NCBI GenBank assembly: GCA_001001485.1
Contig: LCKO01000005.1
Location: 3,552 to 67,551, forward strand
Reading direction: 5' to 3'
From: Candidatus Collierbacteria bacterium GW2011_GWB2_45_17
Lineage (GTDB): Bacteria > Patescibacteriota > Microgenomatia > UBA1400 > MFAQ01
DNA: 64,000 nucleotides
Shown: in pieces, positions 58,600 through 64,000 of the stretch
Position numbering within the stretch: position 1 is the stretch's first letter
Layout: each line of letters begins with the position of its first letter
Made by a program: the position numbers and the translations under genes
Notes under the pieces: model-generated
What the model saw: the letters and a program-made list of their open reading frames with translations, nothing else
The model's database searches: none
Told to the model about the DNA's origin: nothing

Positions 58600-59700
58600 C
58601 CAAAACGGTCACGTTTCGTCTAAAAAAAGATTGGTATATCAATACCTGGTTTTTTAGAGATCTGAAGGGGTATTTTACCGTTCAGAGGTTTGAATTTACC
58701 CTCACAATCAGTCAGTTTCTTAGTTCTTCTTCGCAGGAAGTAGCCATTAAGCCAAGTATCGGCGTGAGACATTGACTCAAAACCCTTAATGGTTTTGAGT
58801 CTTCCTTGTAAGTGAGAGTTAAAACACTCGATGAGATTGGTGGTGATTGGTAATCCTTTAAAGTTTCTCCAACCAAGGAGTAAGTCAGAGGACTTCGCTA
58901 AGTCAGTTAAGATAGCCAGACAGATTGGGTCATATTTCCACTTGTCAAACAAATACCTCGCCCTCTGGTTGTGATCTTCCAACGATCTCTTGCGGGAGAG
59001 TAGGTCTTCAATCAGGTGGACGAACTCAAGATGGAGAAAATCAGTCTTTAGATCAAAACAGTTTCTGACGTTTTGTTTGTAGTGGTTCTGGCAGAGCTGA
59101 ACCACCGCTCTCGGAAAGATATTCAGACAGGCGTCTCTGATGACTTGATTGTCGTCGCAGACCATGGCCTGGAGTGGGTAGTTAGCCAGCTTAAGCGAAG
59201 AGAAGAACTTAAGGAGAGTCAAATACCCCTCGTTGACTCCAAGTCTGTAAGAGGGAATATCGTGGCTCTGGTAGTCAACACCGTAGACGACCGGTAGTTT
59301 CCGGTCGTAGCCTTTGACCTTGACATATTTTCCGTCAACCAAAAGAATACCGGTATATTTAGAAGCGAAGTTACGAGTAATATCGGCACAATGAGGAAGC
59401 TTAGAAAGAACCTCGTTTACTCTCCGGAAGACAGTCCCCACTCCCAGGCCAGATTGATCAGCCAGAGAGCGAAAGGGTACTCCATCGAGATGAAGTAGCG
59501 CTAACTTGCCGTCGTCAACCGACGATCTACTTCTGTTGATTTGAAACCAATGGCTACACGATGAACAAGAATATTTAACCTTACCTCGACGCGAGCCTCT
59601 TTTCTGAGTGATTAACCAGCCGCAAGACGGACACTTGGGGTTTTTTCATACCTTAATCATACATTTGACTAGTCAAAACAGATGTTTTGTTGGATGCAGA
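58600..59700 (-). mobile_element. IS1595-family insertion sequence (boundaries approximate)
   Basis: Single transposase with an N-terminal zinc ribbon and a DDE domain; located between tRNA-His and a hypothetical gene; no clear terminal inverted repeats identified. Confidence 0.55.
58620..59649 (-). CDS. IS1595-family DDE transposase, frameshifted near the start (A6C4 run)
   Basis: N-terminal 'KCPSCG...KYSCSSCSHWFQ' zinc ribbon; 'LLVDGKYV', 'VCDDNQ', 'TNLIECFNSHLQGRLK' DDE/N-x3-E-x2-N-x2-LK motifs; the ATG MKKPQ is in a different frame, separated by the aaaaaacccc homopolymer. Confidence 0.65.
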
Positions 59701-59862
59701 CGTGATATATTTAAGAAAAACGAGACCGAAATGGAACGGTCTCCACCCCAAATAAAATCTCTCGCTTGTCGGGAGATTTGTGTCAACGAGACCGAAGACT
59801 TCGAGTCAATTTAGAAATAACCACAGAAAAGTATCATTATTCAATCATGGTAAGCTAAATAT

Positions 59863-60261
59863 ATGACCGAGCCAGACGAAACATCACGAAAGGCAGAAAA
59901 ACAAACAAGACTAAAGATTGAACAATATATTACACTGGCCGAAAAATTATCTCTCTATCTAGAACCAATCCCTTTCTCGGGAATAGATGAAGAATCACTT
60001 GTAAGACTGAGGTTTACAGATTCCCAATATCCTGGATTCTCAACACCAATAGACAAAATAATAACCAGAATGGAACAAGAGGGGATAAAGATAACCTTTG
60101 GAACACATCCAGGTAGCGGAAACGTTTACGTATTGCCCTACTTAAGTAACGATATCGAAAACGATAGTATAAGCCCGCGCCATTTGAAACTATCCGTCGA
60201 CATGGACGAGGTACTAAAATCTTTAATATTAGCCAATAAAGCATCACAAAAAGTCCCCTAA
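59863..60261 (+). CDS. Hypothetical protein (132 aa)
   Basis: ORF with ATG start; no motif recognised. Confidence 0.45.
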   Translation: MTEPDETSRKAEKQTRLKIEQYITLAEKLSLYLEPIPFSGIDEESLVRLRFTDSQYPGFSTPIDKIITRMEQEGIKITFGTHPGSGNVYVLPYLSNDIENDSISPRHLKLSVDMDEVLKSLILANKASQKVP

Positions 60262-60596
60262 TGGCAACCATAGACGATTTTAATCAAGTTGACATCAGAA
60301 TAGGAAAAATAATAGAAGTCTTAGACTTTCCGGAGGCAAGGAAGCCCTCATACAAGCTCACTATAGATTTTGGTGAAGAGATTGGGATAAAACACTCCAG
60401 TGCTCAACTAGTCAAACATTACATCAAAGAAGGGTTACTTGGCAAATTGGTTCTGGGAGTCGTGAATTTACCACCTAGACAAATTGGGCCTTTTATCTCC
60501 GAGTCACTCACTTTGGGAGTACCGGATGAAAACCACGACTGTATTCTAATTGTTCCAGACAAAGACCAGGCCGTGATTGGCGGAAAACTATATTAA
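60261..60596 (+). CDS. tRNA-binding domain protein (CsaA/Trbp111/EMAP-like OB fold)
   Basis: 'FNQVDIRIGKIIEV...KHSSAQLVKHY...GKLVLGVVNLPPRQIG' resembles the CsaA/MetRS-C 'F.K.DLRVGKI.E...SG.....E.LVGK.V.VV.NL.P'. Confidence 0.6.
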   Translation: MATIDDFNQVDIRIGKIIEVLDFPEARKPSYKLTIDFGEEIGIKHSSAQLVKHYIKEGLLGKLVLGVVNLPPRQIGPFISESLTLGVPDENHDCILIVPDKDQAVIGGKLY

Positions 60597-60767
60597 TTAC
60601 TGACAACGGGAACAAATAACGCTATCAAAGCGCAATATGTACACAAACCGATTCCAAGAACTTATCAGAACCCCAATTTCCACATTAACCGCCTAAATAA
60701 TGGTAAAATCAACAGGCTATGTCGATAGAGTAGCCATTATTCAAAAATTTCTATCAAAAAAAATATT

Positions 60768-60977
60768 ATGACAGGAACTATCAAAACAAAAACAGATCGG
60801 GGTTTTGGATTCATTTCTCGAGATGGGGAGACCAAAGATCTATTTTTTCACTCAAATGATCTAAAAGACGTTACTTTTGAAGAACTTCAAGTTGGTGCCG
60901 CTGTGACCTTTGATGTCGAAGTCGGTGATAAAGGCCCCAGTGCTAAAAACGTCCAGTTAGAGGCTAAAGCCGTCTAA
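60768..60977 (+). CDS. cspA: Cold-shock protein (CspA family)
   Basis: RNP1 'RGFGFI' and RNP2-like 'FFHSN', 69 aa. Confidence 0.9.
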   Translation: MTGTIKTKTDRGFGFISRDGETKDLFFHSNDLKDVTFEELQVGAAVTFDVEVGDKGPSAKNVQLEAKAV

Positions 60978-61033
60978 TTCGCCGGAAATTTAAGCCAAGA
61001 AAAAAGACCTCGCGATTTGCGGGGTCTTTTGTT

Positions 61034-61936
61034 TTACGGCGAGATTCCGAAAATGGTCAGATTGTCGATCACTTGCCCAAAAATCGTAATGAAGTAGATT
61101 TCCATTCTGTCACTATTGGCCTCAATCAAGATCGCCCCATGGCTATCCAGGTAACGCACCAAACTGTCCGGGCGAACTTGATCAAAACTACTTATATCAT
61201 TTGCTCCACCTAATCCATTAATTATGTATGGAAATCCATTAATCTCTAGCCTTTCGTAGTTATGACAATGACCGGCGATGACAACATCGGCACCCCACTC
61301 TTTAAATGGCCAAGCCAAAGTTTGGTTGCTTCCAAATATGCATGAGCTATATGGCGGTTCGTGCATAAAAACGATGTTGTACTCGGCCGTCGAACCCTCA
61401 ATCTGTTTCTTGAACCACCTCCCTTGTATGGAGTCGGTCGACCGTCCGTCCGGCTCGCGGGCATCGCTATCCAAAATAAAAGCGTGAATCAAATTGTCTC
61501 CAAAAACAACATCGTAGTACCTACCTTGAGCCGGGGGATAATCTTCAAGATAGGTAATAAAATCAAACTGAGGAATTTCATCGGCTTCCCAGCCGGCATC
61601 CCATGGATATCCCCAATCATGATTACCTAAAGCGGGAAAATATTTTTCTTGACGTATCCATTTACCATAAGGAAGTATGACGTTTCTCCAATAAGTATCT
61701 GCTCCACCCACCGGATAATTGTTGTCTCCAACAGTTATAACCGCCTCAACTTCCCAAGAATTTACCAATCTGGCTACCGACGCGGCGGAAAGATTTGGTC
61801 TGCCAAAGTCACCAATTACACCCAACATAACAGCATTAGGAGGCATTGGCAATGGGATCGAGTAGATCTCAATTGCTCCTAAAACAAAAAATACCAAAAT
61901 AAATGAGATCAGAAATACAATCAGACGATTTTTCAA
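61034..61936 (-). CDS. Calcineurin-like metallophosphoesterase with N-terminal TM/signal
   Basis: Motifs GDFG (I), GDNNY (II), GNHD (III), MHEPP, GHCHNYE. Confidence 0.7.
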   Translation of the reverse strand: MKNRLIVFLISFILVFFVLGAIEIYSIPLPMPPNAVMLGVIGDFGRPNLSAASVARLVNSWEVEAVITVGDNNYPVGGADTYWRNVILPYGKWIRQEKYFPALGNHDWGYPWDAGWEADEIPQFDFITYLEDYPPAQGRYYDVVFGDNLIHAFILDSDAREPDGRSTDSIQGRWFKKQIEGSTAEYNIVFMHEPPYSSCIFGSNQTLAWPFKEWGADVVIAGHCHNYERLEINGFPYIINGLGGANDISSFDQVRPDSLVRYLDSHGAILIEANSDRMEIYFITIFGQVIDNLTIFGISP

Positions 61937-61984
61937 CGGAACCTCCTCTCAACATTTAAAAGAACGTTGAGAGAAGAATAGCAC

Positions 61985-62476
61985 CTATTCTTTCTTTTTG
62001 GTAGTTTTCTTGGGCTTCTTAACAATCTCCTCCAGAATCTTTTCGGTTATCACGTTTTTAGCTATCATTTCATCTTTAGGAGTGAGAAGTTTAATTATTT
62101 TATCGAGCTTGGAATTTATAACCTCAAGGTTAGAGCCATCACCTCTACTAGACCTACCGCCTTCGGTCTTGCCGGCAAAGCAGTTACTGCACAAAACGGG
62201 CTTACCACTCGTGGGTCTAAAGGGAACCTGACAACTACTGCCACACTGATCACAGGTAGCGCTAAACATCTGTCTATCATCTCTCTTATCAAACATTCTT
62301 GGAGCTCTTGAACCTCCATTGATTTCCTCAAAACATTTACTGCAAAAAACTTCTTTCCTACCGTTAGGCATGAAAGGAACCTGGCAGGATGCTCCACACT
62401 TGGCGCAGATAGCGTCATGCATCGTGGGTCTCTCAGTGCTTCGGAACCGCTCGTTACCTCTGTTTGAATATGTCAT
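61985..62476 (-). CDS. Duplicated zinc-ribbon protein (2x CxxC-x3-C...CxxC) with Lys-rich C-terminus
   Basis: Two near-identical modules 'ICAKCGASCQVPFMPNGRKEVFCSKCF' and 'TCDQCGSSCQVPFRPTSGKPVLCSNCF'; KKPKKTTKKKE tail. Confidence 0.5.
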   Translation of the reverse strand: MTYSNRGNERFRSTERPTMHDAICAKCGASCQVPFMPNGRKEVFCSKCFEEINGGSRAPRMFDKRDDRQMFSATCDQCGSSCQVPFRPTSGKPVLCSNCFAGKTEGGRSSRGDGSNLEVINSKLDKIIKLLTPKDEMIAKNVITEKILEEIVKKPKKTTKKKE

Positions 62477-62502
62477 AACCTATATCTTACCATCAAAACC
62501 CA

Positions 62503-63738
62503 CTACACCCCAAACTTTCTCGCCGCTTTTTTCCAAAACTGCCTGGCTCCGTCAGCCCCAATTTCCCCTGATTTCAGGGATTTGTTTGAAAACCGGAAAT
62601 TTTTGGCCGTCATCATGGCAAACAATCCCGACTGCACCCCCCAAAAAATAAAATCTGCGGCTTTCATCGGCTCATTCGGTAATCTGACGGCTCTCAGATG
62701 AGTTAGCGATCCCGTCCTCGACAGCAATTGATGTCTTTCCAAAAACTCCATATTTTCAACTTCCTGTCTGCCCACCGCCGAGGTAAAAAGCAGTAAACTT
62801 CCTCCCACCCGCTTAGGATCCAGTATGGCTTTAAACGCTTGTTCGCTGGGTTTGGTAACTTCAAGGTGGATTAGGTTATTTTTATACAAGAACTCATAAA
62901 GAGAAATCATCTCGGTATCATTTTTACCTACTAGCACCTTCACTCTATCCAACCTCCTCATCAAAGAAATAAACATTTTAGTAAAGGGAGATTTTTTCAC
63001 CAAGATCAAGAATTCAAACCGCTTAGAAAGACCGTTTAGAGCTTTTACTAACTTAATGATGTATCCCAAACCCACTGCCGCACCGGAAATTGGGATCGCC
63101 ACCCTGATAGTCCCCGAATCTTTAGTGAGCGACTTATGTCGGTTACCAAGTCTCTTTGGCAGTTTCCTGGTCAACACGGAACAGAGTGGATAGGGGATTA
63201 CTTTGCCTACAAAGTCGATTCCCTTCATCTTTGCGTAAGTTTCAAATTTATCTCTGACATGTTTACTGGGAACAAAAGTAAGATCTGCTCCACGGACACA
63301 CCAAATATGTTGTGATGTGTCGTCCGTCACTTGAACAATTAATCTCACTACCCTTCCGGTTTCCCGCATCAGCCTCTCTTTTACCGCCCCGATTTGATGT
63401 GCCATACCAAAATGAGTGGCAATTATCCAAACCTCATCTTTACCGGTACTTCTCACCACAATATCTTTCAGTTGTTTAAACAACGCACCAGAACTCAGAA
63501 CTAGGAATTTTCGGTAAAGAGCGGTAAATATATCTTCGGCTAATCCATACTGTGACCGTAAAAAAATAAACTTACCAATCGGATTGATACTGGTAAAGCG
63601 ATGAATCCAGGTCATAAATCTATCAACTGATCCCAAAAGAACGTAGTCGGTTTTTTCGGGACGAGTCTCCACCAAGGCCTCGGTCACCCTAAGATGTCCC
63701 AGCCCGGCCGGGGCGTAAGTAAAAATCATCAACTTCAT
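62503..63738 (-). CDS. GT28-family-like glycosyltransferase (MurG/MGDG-synthase-like)
   Basis: N-terminal 'YAPAGLGHLRVTEAL' resembles the GT28 G-loop 'GGTGGH'; two Rossmann-like halves. Confidence 0.45.
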   Translation of the reverse strand: MKLMIFTYAPAGLGHLRVTEALVETRPEKTDYVLLGSVDRFMTWIHRFTSINPIGKFIFLRSQYGLAEDIFTALYRKFLVLSSGALFKQLKDIVVRSTGKDEVWIIATHFGMAHQIGAVKERLMRETGRVVRLIVQVTDDTSQHIWCVRGADLTFVPSKHVRDKFETYAKMKGIDFVGKVIPYPLCSVLTRKLPKRLGNRHKSLTKDSGTIRVAIPISGAAVGLGYIIKLVKALNGLSKRFEFLILVKKSPFTKMFISLMRRLDRVKVLVGKNDTEMISLYEFLYKNNLIHLEVTKPSEQAFKAILDPKRVGGSLLLFTSAVGRQEVENMEFLERHQLLSRTGSLTHLRAVRLPNEPMKAADFIFWGVQSGLFAMMTAKNFRFSNKSLKSGEIGADGARQFWKKAARKFGV

Positions 63739-63814
63739 GGTGCACCAAGAGGGATTTGAACCCCCAACCTACGGTTCCGAAGACCGGCGCTCTATCCAGT
63801 TGAGCTATTGGTGC
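63738..63814 (-). tRNA. tRNA-Arg(TCG) with encoded CCA
   Basis: Acceptor GCACCAA/TTGGTGC, then A-CCA; anticodon loop CTTCGGA (one 27:43 mismatch); T-loop TTCAAAT; the CCA overlaps the start codon of the downstream gene by 1 nt. Confidence 0.75.
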
Positions 63815-63857
63815 ATAGGGATATTTTACCCTGAAATGAGGTAAAATAGGCAAGTTC

Positions 63858-63931
63858 GGGTCAGTAGCTCAGTTGGTTAGAGCACCTGCCTCTTAAGTAG
63901 GGTGTCGCGGGTTCGAGTCCCGCCTGACCCA
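63858..63931 (+). tRNA. tRNA-Lys(CTT)
   Basis: Paralog of the tRNA-Lys(TTT) at 19664; anticodon loop CTCTTAA, T-loop TTCGAGT. Confidence 0.85.
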
Positions 63932-64000
63932 CCCCCTTTCTTGACTTATGCTTTAGTTTCTGCCAAGCTAATTTAGCTTATGGCGAAAAAAATTTTATAC

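Overview
Gene content and organisation look like a small Patescibacteria/CPR-type genome, though this lineage call is inference only. The signs are short genes packed mostly on the + strand, many tRNAs, an incomplete glycolysis and CPR-style membrane proteins.

The housekeeping backbone runs htpX (5'-truncated), an MFS transporter, an ABC-F ATPase, gatCAB, dnaE, rplS and a DEAH helicase. A NrtR-like Nudix regulator and a PMT/TPR membrane glycosyltransferase follow, then ruvC, ruvAB, a GH-A glycosidase, a holA-like gene, a DEAD-box helicase and pncB. Next come pgm, pgi, ppsA, eno and gpmI, then rsmI, lexA, uvrB, uvrA and uvrC. The remainder holds secG, a family-5 SBP, typA, nadE, a csaA-like gene, cspA, a metallophosphoesterase, a GT28-like glycosyltransferase and an IS1595-family insertion sequence. 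I count 17 tRNA genes, one of them a non-canonical Phe-like tRNA.

The most unusual content is a family of GC-rich intergenic modules that stands out against the AT-rich coding DNA. Three copies of a roughly 0.15-0.5 kb 5' module sit immediately upstream of unrelated cargo genes, and their hairpins keep their structure while changing sequence between copies. Three copies of a conserved 3' GC-hairpin module follow the cargo, and each unit abuts convergent tRNA genes. The cargo genes are a frameshifted SAM-methyltransferase, a 5-gene island with a caspase-like (clan CD) peptidase, and a HAD hydrolase. A 12-mer subrepeat CGTCATTGCGAG...ATCTCACTCCA is further dispersed at six or more loci, including the rsmI-lexA-uvrB intergenic regions. 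I interpret this as a cassette-like accessory architecture or novel ncRNA family that is not explained by standard feature types. The 5-gene caspase-like island is the best candidate for an undescribed conflict or defence system in the window.
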